This document shows, piece after piece, positions 11,601 through 25,385 of a stretch of DNA of 64,000 nt. The translations under genes were made by a program, and so were the position numbers. Position 1 is the first letter of the stretch, and each line of letters opens with the position of its first letter. The DNA is from Macrostomum lignano (lineage: Eukaryota), in assembly GCA_002269645.1 (NCBI GenBank), contig NIVC01003689.1, forward strand, positions 1 to 64,000, read 5' to 3'. The notes beneath the pieces were generated by a model. That model had not been told where the DNA came from. It saw only the letters and a list, made by a program, of their open reading frames with translations, and ran no database searches.

Positions 11601-14600
11601 CCAGATCTTCAGTTGCTGGGCCAGCCTTCCAGATCCTCAGTTGCTGGGCCAGTCTCCCAGATCCTCAGTTGCTCGGCCAGCCTCCCAGAACGTCGTCAAT
11701 ATTAACCCCCACACAGCCTCTGAACTCACTAACTACTAGCAACTTGCCAACCCCCTTTCCTTCACAGACAATGTACAGAGACTGGCTGTGCTCAGTAAAG
11801 TTCAACGTGTACGACATTAACGACTCCTTAACCCAAGTGAACCCCTGCTCCGAATGGTGCCAATCAGTTGAGACCGAATGTCCTTATTTGACCCCGTCTG
11901 ACGACTTCTCAAATGCCGGCGAACCAGTGTTTCTCTGTCACGGTGAGTTTTGCTGTTCATGCATAGGCGTTTCATTTGGCAACTGTCATTTTATGGTGCG
12001 ATACTTGTAGTGCAAGACGGCGCCAAAGCCACTGCAAGATGGCGCCAAAGCCACTGCAAGACGGCGCCAAAGCTAAAATTAAGTTGGAGCCAAAGCTACT
12101 GCAAAATAGCGCCAAAGCTACTGCAAGGTGGCGCCAAAGCTACTGCAAGGTGGCGCCAAAGCTACTGCAAGATAGCGCCAAAGCTACTGCAAGGTGGCAC
12201 CAAAGCTACGGCAAAATAGCGCCAAAGCTACTGCAAGATAGCGCCAAAGCTACTACAAGGTTGCGCCAAAGCTACTGCAAGGCGGCGCCAAAGCTACTGC
12301 AAGATAGCGCCAAAGCTACTGCAAGGTGGCGCCAAAGCTACTGCAAAATAGCGCCAAAGCTACTGCAAGGTGGCGCCAAAGCTACTGCAAAATAGCGCCA
12401 AAGCTACTGCAAGGTGGCGCTAAGCTACTGCAAGGCGGCGCCAAAGCTACTGCAAGATAGCGCCAAAGCTACTGCAAGGTGGCGCCAAAGCTACGGCAAA
12501 ATAGCGCCAAAGCTACTGCAAGGTGGCGCCAAAGCTACTGCAAAATAGCGCCAAAGCTACTAAAATTATTGCAACGCTTTTTTCGCAAGGAGGTTCCTGA
12601 GGCTTTTTTGCCAGTAAATTGGTGCTGCTGGGAACCACATGCCCCCTAGCGCAAAATTTCATGCAAAATGAAATTATACCTTGCCACTTGCAATGTTTAT
12701 TAAATAAAAAAACATTGGCTTTTAATGAGACCTTTCTAGTACCAACCCGACTGCTCACCATAGTGCCGCTCTGGGAAATTGCTACTCAAGCTGGCGGCAC
12801 TTAGGCCAGACTGAATATGCCTAAAAGCGGGTGTTTGTGTCAGCATGCCTGCCTGCCATGCCTGTCACTGTGTAAGCCTACCCAGGGATAGCGTAATTCG
12901 ATACTGTAATTAAGGCATGTTTTTGTTCCGCTTTGCAATTTTTATTCCCCCCATGGGAATATTGCGATTTTTTATCATTTCGTTTATATAGTTAATAGAG
13001 CAGCTTTGGGATTTTGGGAGTATGTTTTGAGATTGCTAAGTGTCGGTATTTGTAGGCGGTGTGCCAATGCTGAGCTATTGATCATAGAGTGACCATTCTG
13101 GTACGACAGTGACAATTCTCATATTGGAGCGACAATTCTTAGCATTGGAGTGACAATCCTTAGCATTGGAGTGACAATCCTTAGCATTGGAGTGACAATC
13201 CTTAGTATTGGAGTGACAATCCTTAGCATTGGAGTGACAATCCTTAGCATTGGAGTGACAATCCTTAGCATTGGAGTGACAATCCTTAGCATTGGAGTGA
13301 CAATCCTTAGCATTGGAGTGACAATCCTTAGTATTGGAGTGACAATCAGTATTGGAGTGACACCCTTAGCATTGGAGTGACAATCCTTAGCATTGGAGTG
13401 ACAATCCTTAGCATTGGAGTGACAATCAGTATTGGAGTGACACCCTTAGCATTAGAGTGACAATCCTTAGCATTGGAGTGACAATCCTTAACATTGGAGT
13501 GACAATCCTTAACATTGGAGTGACAATCCTTAGCATTGGAGTGACAATCCTTAGCATTGGAGTGACAATCCTTAGTATTGGAGTGACAATCAGTATTGGA
13601 GTGACACCCTTAGCATTGGAGTGACAATCCTTAGCATTGGAGTGACAATCCTTAACATTGGAGTGACAATCCTTAGCATTGGAGTGACAATCCTTAGCAT
13701 TGGAGTGACAATCCTTAGTATTGGAGTGACAATTCTTAGCATTGGAGTGACAATTCTTAGCATTGGAGTGACAATCCTTAGCATTAAAGTGACAATCATT
13801 AGCAATGGAGTGACAATACTTAGCATTGGAGTGACAATACTTAGCATTGGAGTGACAATCCTTAAAATTGGAGTGACAATGCTTAGCATTGAGTTCACAA
13901 TCCTTAGCATTGGAGTGACAATCCTTAGCATTGGAGTGACAAAAATCAGTATTGGAGTGACAATCAGTATTGGAGTGACAATCAGTATTGGAGTGACAAT
14001 CAGTATTGGAGTGACAAAAATCAGTATTGGAGTGACAATCAGTATTGGAGTGACAATCAGTATTGGAGTGACAATCAGTATTGGAGTGACAATCAGTATT
14101 GGAATGACAATCAGTATTGGAGTGACAATCAGTATTGGAGTGACAATCAGTATTGGACTGACAATCAGTATTGGAGTGACAATCAGTATTGGAGTGACAA
14201 TCAGTATTGGAGTGACAAAAATCAGTATTGGAGTGACAAAAATCAGTATTGGAGTGACAATCAGTGAAAACGCCCGGGAGTGATAACCCAAGCAGTGAAG
14301 TGACAATCCGAGAGTGCCAATTCCAACAGCACTATACTCACACCTACCCCCCTCTTGTTCTTGGCCCATTGCAGAGGACAGCTACAAGGGCACCAGAATG
14401 TCAGATCGGTGCACCGGGTACACTCAATGTTGTTGCTACGCACCTTCAAGTTCGAATCGGACTAATATCAAGATAATGTGCACATCACCAGCTTCCCTAG
14501 GCAGAAAGACCGCATCATCAGCCGCATCAGATTCTGATTTTAGTGTGGACTTTATTAATAACGCCAATTTAACCGATTCTAACAATGCTACTAATAGTAG

Positions 14601-14733
14601 CTTACCGAACGTTGGAGCGAGAAATTTCAATGCGTCAACAACTGATAGACAATTATTAATATTATTGTTTATTCAACTTTTATTATCGTCGCTTTGGTCA
14701 CGTGGTGTATTAAATTTGTCGACAAATTTATGA
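5623..14733 (+). CDS. NALF1: NALCN channel auxiliary factor (NALF/FAM155/NLF-1/Mid1-like), 3 exons, with a frame lesion in exon 1
   Basis: Exons 5623-6437 (donor cag|gtgagt), 11768-11942 (acag|, g|gtgagt), 14375-14733 (gcag|), phases 0 and 1 consistent. Spliced CQTMYRDWLCSVKF...PCSEWCQSVETECPYLTP...GEPVFLCHG matches the FAM155 cysteine-rich domain. Hydrophobic N-terminal segment and hydrophobic C-terminal tail. Exon 1 is 815 nt and needs a frame change within 6126-6234. Confidence 0.85.
6518..6755. repeat. ~113-bp tandem duplication in NALF intron 1
   Basis: Two near-identical copies of TCACCGAGAT...CACTCTATAAAGATCTCATCTCTC. Confidence 0.75.
6872..7150 (+). mobile_element. tRNA-derived CORE-SINE
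   Basis: tRNA-like head with B-box-like GTTTCGATTCC (~6922), then TGTGTCCTTGACCAAGACACTTAACTCTGCATTGCTTCAGTTCACCCAGCTGTAAAATGGG resembling the MIR/CORE domain, and an AT-rich short-repeat tail. Confidence 0.75.
7530..7920. repeat. Degenerate GTAGAACGGTAGATG-type minisatellite
   Basis: Direct inspection. Confidence 0.8.
8572..10095. repeat. 28-bp minisatellite GATCATGGGGGATTGTTCATCTGGTAAT
   Basis: About 50 copies, homogeneous core, diverged 3' edge. Confidence 0.95.
10862..11690. repeat. 28-bp GC-rich minisatellite GCCTCCCAGATCCTCAGTTGCTGGGCCA (locus 1)
   Basis: About 30 copies ending just upstream of NALF exon 2; stop-free in all three + frames. Confidence 0.95.
12010..12560. repeat. 22-bp minisatellite GCGCCAAAGCTACTGCAAGGTG
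   Basis: About 24 copies in NALF intron 2. Confidence 0.95.
13100..14265. repeat. 21-bp/18-bp minisatellite TTGGAGTGACAATCCTTAGCA grading into TTGGAGTGACAATCAGTA
   Basis: Direct inspection, NALF intron 2. Confidence 0.95.
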
Positions 14734-15214
14734 GTCCTGTTGGAGTTACATGTACGTCTTATTACTAATCACTACTTTAATTGCATAGAAGCTTATTCAA
14801 TTATTCTAATCATTATTTGCGCAATTTCTATCAAGTGACAATTATTTAACAGCAACAATTCTTTGACTTTTATGCTACTATCAGTGTTAGTAGTATAAAA
14901 GAAAGTCTTCTCTTTTTTATTAACAATAGCAATTTTTAACGGAATAGCAGAGTTCTTCGCATTTTAACCCAAAAGTACTTACTAGTCGTGAATGTAAATC
15001 AAAGATCATTGTAACCCTATAAGTAGACATTGTTATTGTATACTTTTACTTCATTGACTTCTATGTATTGCATGTACATTGTAAGTGTCTGGCTGACCGT
15101 CAGGGTTTTCTTAGAAATGTATTTATTCGTCTCATAGTACATTTTTGTAAGTTTCCGTATTTCTGTTGAGATATTTTTACAGATAAAGGATGACTGCTAG
15201 TATTTGTCTGAATG

Positions 15215-15600
15215 AGTAGAACGGATTGCTAATCTAGTCAGGTAAATATATATGAGCAGAATAGATTGCTAATCTAATTGAGTAGATATGAATGAGTAAA
15301 ACGGATTGCTAATCTAGTTGATTATATATGAATGAGTAGAACGGATTGCTAATCTAGTTGATTATATATGCATGAGTAGAACGGATTGCTAATCTAGTTG
15401 ATTATATATGAATGAGTAGAACGGATTGCTAATCTAGTTGATTATATATGAATGAGTAGAACGGATTGCTAATCTAGTTGATTATATATGCATGAGTAGA
15501 ACGGATTGCTAATCTAGTTGATTATATATGAATGAGTAGAACGGATTGCTAATCTAATCAGGTAAATATATATCAGTAGAATAGATTGCTAATCTAATTG
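15215..15600. repeat. 40-bp minisatellite GAGTAGAACGGATTGCTAATCTAGTTGATTATATATGAAT
   Basis: About 9 copies. Confidence 0.9.
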
Positions 15601-15957
15601 AGTATTTCGTTATTCAACCCAATTTTGCCTTATCTGTAACTGTATGACTCGAAGTTTTTCTTTGTCCTTATCTGTATGAATATTTGTAATTGAACTGTTT
15701 AATTATTATTAACTTGCAGATTAATTTAGATCTGTTTTGGTACTTTTTTATTCTTACTCTGGTAGTATTATTATAATTATATTCTTTTCATTACCGCAAA
15801 ATGTAGCAAAATTTGCGCAGATAATTGCCTGTCTGTCTCTTTCTTTTATTGATCTTAAGCTTTTTATGCTGTTACAGTTCAAAGACAGTAGTTTAATAAC
15901 TGTACAAAACACCCTAGCAGTACAGCTCCCAAAACAGGCTGTGGAAATCACAAGAAC

Positions 15958-16480
15958 AGGCTGTAGAAACCACAAATACAGGCTGTAGAAACCACAAATA
16001 CAGGCTGTAGAAACCACAAATACAGGCTGTAGAAACCACAAATACAGGCTGTAGAAACCACAAATACAGGCTGTAGAAACCACAAATACAGGCTGTAGAA
16101 ACCACAAATACAGGCTGTAGAAACCACAAATACAGGCTGTAGAAACCACAAATACAGGCTGTAGAAACCACAAATACAGGCTGTAGAAACCACAAATACA
16201 GGCTGTAGAAACCACAAATACAGGCTGTAGAAACCACAAATACAGGCTGTAGAAACCACAAATACAGGCTGTAGAAACCACAAATACAGGCTGTAGAAAC
16301 CACAAATACAGGCTGTAGAAACCACAAAAGCTGGCTGTAGAAACCACAAATACAGGCTGTAGAAACCACAAATACAGGCTGTAGAAACCACAAATACAGG
16401 CTGTAGAAACCACAAATACAGGCTGTAGAAACCACAAATACAGGCTGTAGAAACCACAAAAAAACAGGCTGTAGAAACCA
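15958..16480. repeat. 22-bp minisatellite CAGGCTGTAGAAACCACAAATA
   Basis: About 23 near-perfect copies. Confidence 0.95.
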
Positions 16481-16649
16481 CAGTCTGCCAAAAAAGCCTT
16501 TCAAATAGCTTTACTCTGTTCTCATCTATTTTATAATAATGATTCTTGCATGAGTCGATCTGTATGCTTCATCCGCAGTCTCCTGTTGATTCTCTGGGGT
16601 GACAGCTGAACCGAGCAGATTTTGTACTAAGAGAAAGAAATCGTTTTGC

Positions 16650-17054
16650 ATGGACCAGCCATCGGTAGCGGCCGGCGATTGGCCAGCCGCCAACGAGCAC
16701 GAGAACGAATACGAAGTTGAAAAGATTCTGCGGGTGAAAGGTCGGGGCCATACAATGCGCTATTTGATCAAATGGAAGGGCTTTGGGGACGATTGGAACA
16801 CGTGGGAGCCAAGGAGTAACCTGATTGGCTGCGAGGCTGCTCTGCAAGCGTTCACCAGTGAACAGCAGCAAAAGAAGCGGCAGCAGAAACGAAAAAATAA
16901 GAAACAGCCGCAGGCGGTGAGTTTTTGTGTCATCTCGTAGACAGACACTAAGACATACAGGCAGACAGTCAGACAGGCAGGCAGGCAGAGAGACAGGCAG
17001 GTAGACAGAGAGACAGACAGACAGGCAGACACTAAGACATACAGGCAGACAGAC

Positions 17055-17087
<33 letters not shown>

Positions 17088-17118
17088 CTAAGACATACAG
17101 GCAGACAGACAGACACTA

Positions 17119-17157
<39 letters not shown>

Positions 17158-17172
17158 GAGACAAATACAGGC

Positions 17173-17235
<63 letters not shown>

Positions 17236-20163
17236 GAGACAAATACAGGCAGACAGACAGACAGACAGACAGACAGGTCAATCTCATTATTTCGTTAATC
17301 CAAAACACATGCCGCCTCCTGTTAGGCGGAAGCACCTCAGACAGCGGTCGATTTTCCGAAAGAAGACCAACAGCAGCAGCAACAGGAGCAGCAGGAGCGG
17401 CAAAACAGCCAGTCGGACAGTCAGGGTCTGTTCAACAAATTCCGAAGCGCATCCGGCAGCTCTACTTTCACAGCAGTCGCATCCCATCCAGCTGTCGATG
17501 ATTCCGCCGCATCGCTCACAAATTTCTATTACAAATCCGGAGGCGAATTAGACAGATTCTTGGACTCCCTCTCGGCACTGGACCATTGCCCGACTGTTGC
17601 TTCTCTGCCCGACTGTCTGTCCTCTTCGCCTTCGAAAGCTTCTTCCAGGCTGATTGCGGCTGTAGAGGCCAACTCTCTGGGCGATTTGATTCGCCTGCTG
17701 CACTCGCCAGCTTCATCGGCTGCTGGCGCTTGCGATCTGAATTGGGCCGATGAGGCGCGGAATGGAGAAACGGCGCTGACTGCCGCTCTGAGGCAGGGCA
17801 ATGTGGCAGCAGTTCGGCTGCTGCTGCAGCACGGCTGTGCCGTCAACGCCTGGTGTCAGCTGCCTGCCGCATCGGCTTTGTCAGCTTCTTCATCCGGTGA
17901 TGCTGCTGGAAATGACCGGCAGCAGCAGCAATTCAAAGATCCCATAGTGGTTGCCAGGTGATTATCTTTCTTTCCTAGGTACATACGAGTGTACAGCGGC
18001 CCCTGACTTTATTTACCGTTATGCATGTACACTTCACTGTGGCTTGGGGGTTGGGCCTCAAACTGGGCGTTAATTGCACGAGCAGAGCCAAGCCAAGATT
18101 TTTGTTATTATGATACCACAATAGTCGCTCCTAACCCTAAGACGCGAAAAATAGCCTTCTTAGAATTTGGTTCCAGGTCATCCCCGGTTCTTAGAAATTG
18201 CACCTCCCCTTTCTTAGAAATCTCCCTCAATTTTTAGAAATCACCCCCGGTTATTAGAAATCACCCTCAGTTCTTAGAAATCACCCTCAGTTCTTAGAAA
18301 TCACCCTCAGTTCTTAGAAATCACCCTCAGTTCTTAGAAATCACCCTCAGTTCTTAGAAATCACCCTCAGTTCTTAGAAATCACCCTCAGTTCTTAGAAA
18401 TCACCCTCAGTTCTTAGAAATCACCCTCAGTTCTTAGAAATCACCCTCAGTTCTTAGAAATCACCCTCAGTTCTTAGAAATCACCCTCAGTTCTCAGAAA
18501 TCACCCTCAGTTCTTAGAAATCACCCTCAGTTCTTAGAAATCACCCTCAGTTCTTAGAAATCACCCTCAGTTCTTAGAAATCGCCCTTACCCATTTCTTG
18601 GAAATCACCCCAGTTCTTGGAAATTACCCCCGTTCTTAGAAATCGCCCTTACCCATTTCTTGGAAATCACCCCAGTTCTTGGAAAGTACCCCAGTTCTTA
18701 GAAATCGCCCTTACCCATTTCTTGGAAATCACCCCATTTCTTGGAAATCACCCCAGTTCTTGGAAATCACCCCAGTTCTTAGAAATCGCCCTTACCCATT
18801 TCTTGGAAATCACCCCATTTCTTGGAAATCACCCCATTTCTTGGAAATCACCCCAGTTCTTAGAAATCGCCCTTACCCATTTCTTGAAAATCACCCCAGT
18901 TCTTAGAAATTACCCCAGTTCTTAGAAATCGCCCTTACCCATTTCTTGGAAATCACCCCAGTTCTTAGAAATTACCCCAGTTCTTAGAAATCGCCCTTAC
19001 CCATTTCTTGGAAATCACCCCAGTTCTTAGAAATCGCCCTTACCAATTTCTTGGAAATCACCCCAGTTCTTGGAAATCACCCCAGTTCTTGGAAATCACC
19101 CCAGTTCTTGAAAATCACCCCAGTTCTTGGAAATCACCCCAGTTCTTGGAAATCACCCCAGTTCTTGGAAATCACCCCAGTTCTTGGAAATCACTCCAGT
19201 TCTTGGAAATCACCCCAGTTCTTGGAAATCACTCCAGTTCTTGGAAATCACCCCAGTTCTTGGAAATCACCCCAGTTCTTGGAAATCACCCCAGTTCTTG
19301 GAAATCACCCCAGTTCTTGGAAATCACCCCAGTTCTTGGAAATCACCCCAGTTCTTGGAAATCACTCCAGTTCTTGGAAATCACCCCAGTTCTTGGAAAT
19401 CACTCCAGTTCTTGGAAATCACCCCAGTTCTTGGAAATCACCCCAGTTCTTGGAAATCACCCCAGTTCTTGGAAATCACCCCAGTTCTTGGAAATCACCC
19501 CAGTTCTTGGAAATCACCCCAGTTCTTGGAAATCACCCCAGTTCTTGGAAATCACCCCAGTTCTTGGAAATCACCCCAGTTCTTGGAAATCACCCCAGTT
19601 CTTGGAAATCACCCCAGTTCTTGGAAATCACCCCAGTTCTTAGAATTCGCCTCCCCATTGTCACTCGCAGAAGCTGCCCACTGGCAGGCGAGCTGCTCTG
19701 CTTGCTGCAGCGTCACTGCGACGCCGTTTCGCAGGCTCTGGCCGACTGCGCCCAATCAGCTCTCGGTAGCTCAGCTCGGCTGCTCGCCCCAGTCGGCCGT
19801 TTGCACATTCTTCCCAGGCCTGGCCTGTCTGTTCAATTCGACATTGCCGATCGGCTGCCGTCGCTGCCTTGCGTACTGTTGCTAGGCAACGCCGTGTTCA
19901 ACACCGGAGCCGAAGCTACAGCGGCGCCGTTGGTTCGACTCCGGGGCAGGTGCTCAGTGCGAGAGGTTTGGCTGAACAACGTGCGCCAGATGCCGCTGAG
20001 TCAGGCCGGCTGTTTCATTTGCACCTGCGCCCCGCTCCGTGTCGGCTCCAACACTGTCGGCTTGGTGCCCAGCGGGTCGTTTCGGCTGCCAGCCGACGGC
20101 AGATTCCGGCTATTGGTTAGAGCGTACGAAGTGAAAGTGTTGGCCGAGAGTGGGGCTGCTTAG
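16650..20163 (+). CDS. MPHOSPH8: MPP8 (MPHOSPH8)-like protein: chromodomain + ankyrin repeats + MPP8 C-terminal domain, ~463 aa, 3 exons
   Basis: Exons 16650-16916 (gcg|gtgagt), 17326-17957 (ttag|, ag|gtgatt), 19671-20163 (cgcag|; alternative acceptor at 19644), phases 0 and 2 consistent, 1392 nt. Chromodomain YEVEKIL...YLIKWKGFGDDWNTWEPRSNL; ankyrin NGETALTAALRQGNVAAVRLLLQHGCAVN; C-terminus VRLRGRCSVREVWLNN...RLLVRAYEVKV parallels human MPP8 ARLCGPCSVQAVVLND...KLLIGAYRVQL (from memory). Confidence 0.85.
16938..17276. repeat. (ACAG)n microsatellite in MPP8-like intron 1
   Basis: Direct inspection. Confidence 0.95.
18180..19643. repeat. 19-20-bp minisatellite TTCTT(A/G)GAAATCACCC(C/T)CAG in MPP8-like intron 2
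   Basis: About 70 copies, ending 27 nt before the exon 3 acceptor. Confidence 0.95.
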
Positions 20164-20204
20164 ATCTTTATTGATAATTATTATTATCAGTTAATAAGGA
20201 GGCA

Positions 20205-23200
20205 GACAGACAGACACACAGACACACATAGAACATGTCTATGACACACAGACACACATAGAACATGGCTATGACACACAGACACACATAGAACATGTCT
20301 ATGACACACAGACACACAGAGAACATGTCTATGACACACAGACACACATAGAACATGGCTATGACACACAGACACACATAGAACATGGCTATGACACACA
20401 GACACACATAGAACATGGCTATGACACACAGACACACATATAACATGGCTATGACACACAGACACACATATAACATGTCTATGACACACAGACACACATA
20501 GAACATGTCTATGACACACAGACACACATAGAACATGTCTTTGACACACAGACACACATATAACATGTCTATGACACACAGACACACATAGAACATGTCT
20601 ATGACACACAGACACACATAGAACATGTCTATGACACACAGACACACATAGAACATGGCTATGACACACAGACACACATATAACATGGCTATGACACACA
20701 GACACACATAGAACATGTCTATGACACACAGACACACATAGAACATGGCTATGACACACAGACACACATAGAACATGGCTATGACACACAGACACACATA
20801 TAACATGGCTATGACACACAGACACACATAGAACATGTCTATGACACACAGACACACATATAACATGTCTATGACACACAGACACACATAGAACATGTCT
20901 ATGACACACAGACACACATAGAACATGTCTATGACACACAGACACACATATAACATGTCTATGACACACAGACACACATAGAACATGGCTATGACACACA
21001 GACACACATAGAACATGTCTATGACACACAGACACACATAGAACATGGCTATGACACACAGACACACATAGAACATGTCTATGACACACAGACACACATA
21101 TAACATGTCTATGACACACAGACACACATAGAACATGTCTATGACACACAGACACACAGAGAACATGTCTATGACACACAGACACACATAGAACATGTCT
21201 ATGACACACAGACACACATATAACATGTCTATGACACACAGACACACATAGAACATGGCTATGACACACAGACACACATAGAACATGTCTATGACACACA
21301 GACACACATAGAACATGTCTATGACACACAGACACACATAGAACATGTCTATGACACACAGACACACATAGAACATGTCTATGACACACAGACACACATA
21401 GAACATGTCTATGACACACAGACACACATAGAACATGTCTTTGACACACAGACACACATAGAACATGTCTATGACACACAGACACACATAGAACATGGCT
21501 ATGACACACAGACACACATGGAACATGTCTATGACACACAGACACACATAGAACATGTCTTTGACACACAGACACACATAGAACATGGCTATGACACACA
21601 GACACACATAGAACATGGCTATGACACACAGACACACATAGAAAATGTCTATGACACACAGACACACATAGAACATGTCTATGACACACAGACACACATA
21701 GAACATGTCTATGACACACAGACACACATAGAACATGTCTATGACACACAGACACACATAGAACATGTCTATGGACACACAGACACACATAGAACATGTC
21801 TATGACACACAGACACACATAGAAAATGTCTATGACACACAGACACACATAGAAAATGTCTATGACACACAGACACACATAGAACATGGCTATGACACAC
21901 AGACACACATAGAACATGTCTATGACACACAGACACACATAGAACATGTCTATGACACACAGACACACATAGAACATGTCTATGACACACAGACACACAT
22001 AGAACATGTCTTTGACACACAGACACACATAGAACATGTCTATGACACACAGACACACATAGAACATGGCTATGACACACAGACACACATGGAACATGTC
22101 TATGACACACAGGCACACATAGAACATGTCTTTGACACACAGACACACATAGAACATGGCTATGACACACAGACACACATAGAACATGGCTATGACACAC
22201 AGACACACATAGAACATGGCTATGACACACAGACACACATAGAACATGGCTATGACACACAGACACACATAGAACATGGCTATGACACACAGACACACAT
22301 AGAACATGGCTATGACACACAGACACACATAGAAAATGTCTATGACACACAGACACACATAGAACATGTCTATGACACACAGACACACATAGAACATGGC
22401 TATGACACACAGACACACATATAACATGTCTATGACACACAGACACACATAGAACATGTCTATGACACACAGACACACATAGAACATGTCTTTGACACAC
22501 AGACACACATAGAACATGTCTATGACACACAGACACACATAGAACATGGCTATGACACACAGACACACATGGAACATGTCTATGACACACAGGCACACAT
22601 AGAACATGTCTTTGACACACAGACACACATAGAACATGGCTATGACACACAGACACACATAGAACATGGCTATGACACACAGACACACATAGAACATGGC
22701 TATGACACACAGACACACATAGAACATGGCTATGACACACAGACACACATAGAACATGGCTATGACACACAGACACACATAGAACATGGCTATGACACAC
22801 AGACACACATAGAAATGTCTATGACACACAGACACACATAGAACATGTCTATGACACACAGACACACATAGAACATGTCTATGACACACAGACACACATA
22901 GAACATGTCTATGACACACAGACACACATATAACATGGCTATGACACACAGACACACATATAACATGTCTATGACACACAGACACACATAGAACATGTCT
23001 ATGACACACAGACACACATAGAACATGTCTATGACACACAGACACACATATAACATGTCTATGACACACAGACACACATAGAACATGTCTATGACACACA
23101 GACACACATAGAACATGTCTATGACACACAGACACACATAGAACATGTCTATGACACACAGACACACAGAGAACATGTCTATGACACACAGACACACATA

Positions 23201-25385
23201 GAACATGGCTATGACACACAGACACACATAGAACATGGCTATGACACACAGACACACATAGAACATGTCTATGACACACAGACACACATATAACATGGCT
23301 ATGACACACAGACACACATAGAACATGTCTATGACACACAGACACACATATAACATGTCTATGACACACAGACACACATAGAACATGTCTATGACACACA
23401 GACACACATAGAACATGTCTATGACACACAGACACACATAGAACATGTCTATGACACACAGACACACATAGAACATGTCTATGACACACAGACACACATA
23501 GAACATGTCTATGACACACAGACACACATAGAACATGGCTATGACACACAGACACACATAGAACATGTCTATGACACACAGACACACATATAACATGTCT
23601 ATGACACACAGACACACATAGAACATGTCTATGACACACAGACACACAGAGAACATGTCTATGACACACAGACACACATAGAACATGTCTATGACACACA
23701 GACACACATAGAACATGTCTATGACACACAGACACACATAGAACATGTCTATGACACACAGACACACATAGAACATGTCTATGACACACAGACACACATA
23801 GAACATGTCTATGACACACAGACACACATAGAACATGTCTATGACACACAGACACACATAGAACATGTCTATGACACACAGACACACATAGAACATGTCT
23901 ATGACACACAGACACACATAGAACATGTCTATGACACACAGACACACATAGAAATGTCTATGACACACAGACACACATAGAACATGTCTATGACACACAG
24001 ACACACATAGAACATGTCTATGACACACAGACACACATAGAACATGTCTATGACACACAGACACACATAGAACATGTCTTGACACACAGACACACATAGA
24101 ACATGTCTATGACACACAGACACACATAGAACATGGCTATGACACACAGACACACATAGAACATGTCTATGACACACAGACACACATAGAACATGTCTAT
24201 GACACACAGACACACATAGAACATGGCTATGACACACAGACACACATAGAACATGGCTATGACACACAGACACACATAGAACATGGCTATGACACACAGA
24301 CACACATAGAACATGGCTATGACACACAGACACACATAGAACATGGCTATGACACACAGACACACATAGAACATGGCTATGACACACAGACACACATAGA
24401 AATGTCTATGACACACAGACACACATAGAACATGTCTATGACACACAGACACACATAGAACATGTCTATGACACACAGACACACATAGAACATGTCTATG
24501 ACACACAGACACACATAGAACATGTCTATGACACACAGACACACATAGAACATGTCTATGACACACAGACACACATAGAACATGGCTATGACACACAGAC
24601 ACACATATAACATGGCTATGACACACAGACACACAAAGAACATGGCTATGACACACAGACACACATAGAACATGGCTATGACACACAGACACACATAGAA
24701 CATGGCTATGACACACAGACACACATAGAACATGTCTATGACACACAGACACACATAGAACATGTCTATGACACACAGACACACATAGAACATGTCTATG
24801 ACACACAGACACACATAGAACATGTCTATGACACACAGACACACATAGAACATGTCTATGACACACAGACACACATAGAACATGTCTATGACACACAGAC
24901 ACACATAGAAATGTCTATGACACACAGACACACATAGAACATGTCTATGACACACAGACACACATAGAACATGTCTATGACACACAGACACACATAGAAC
25001 ATGGCTATGACACACAGACACACATATAACATGGCTATGACACACAGACACACAAAGAACATGGCTATGACACACAGACACACATAGAACATGGCTATGA
25101 CACACAGACACACATAGAACATGGCTATGGACACACAGACACACATAGAACATGTCTATGACACACAGACACACATAGAACATGTCTATGACACACAGAC
25201 ACACATAGAACATGTCTATGACACACAGACACACATAGAACATGTCTATGACACACAGACACACATAGAAAATGTCTATGACACACAGACACACATAGAA
25301 CATGGCTATGACACACAGACACACATAGAACATGGCTATGGACACACAGACACACATAGAACATGGCTATGACACACAGACACAT
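20205..25385. repeat. 30-bp satellite ATGACACACAGACACACATAGAACATGTCT (~5.2 kb)
   Basis: About 170 copies; source of the artefactual 1252-aa and 540-aa minus-strand ORFs. Confidence 0.97.

Noticed and set aside
10805-12010. 401-aa ORF as a single gene
   Set aside because: Mostly minisatellite read-through; only 11768-11942 is a real exon bounded by splice sites.
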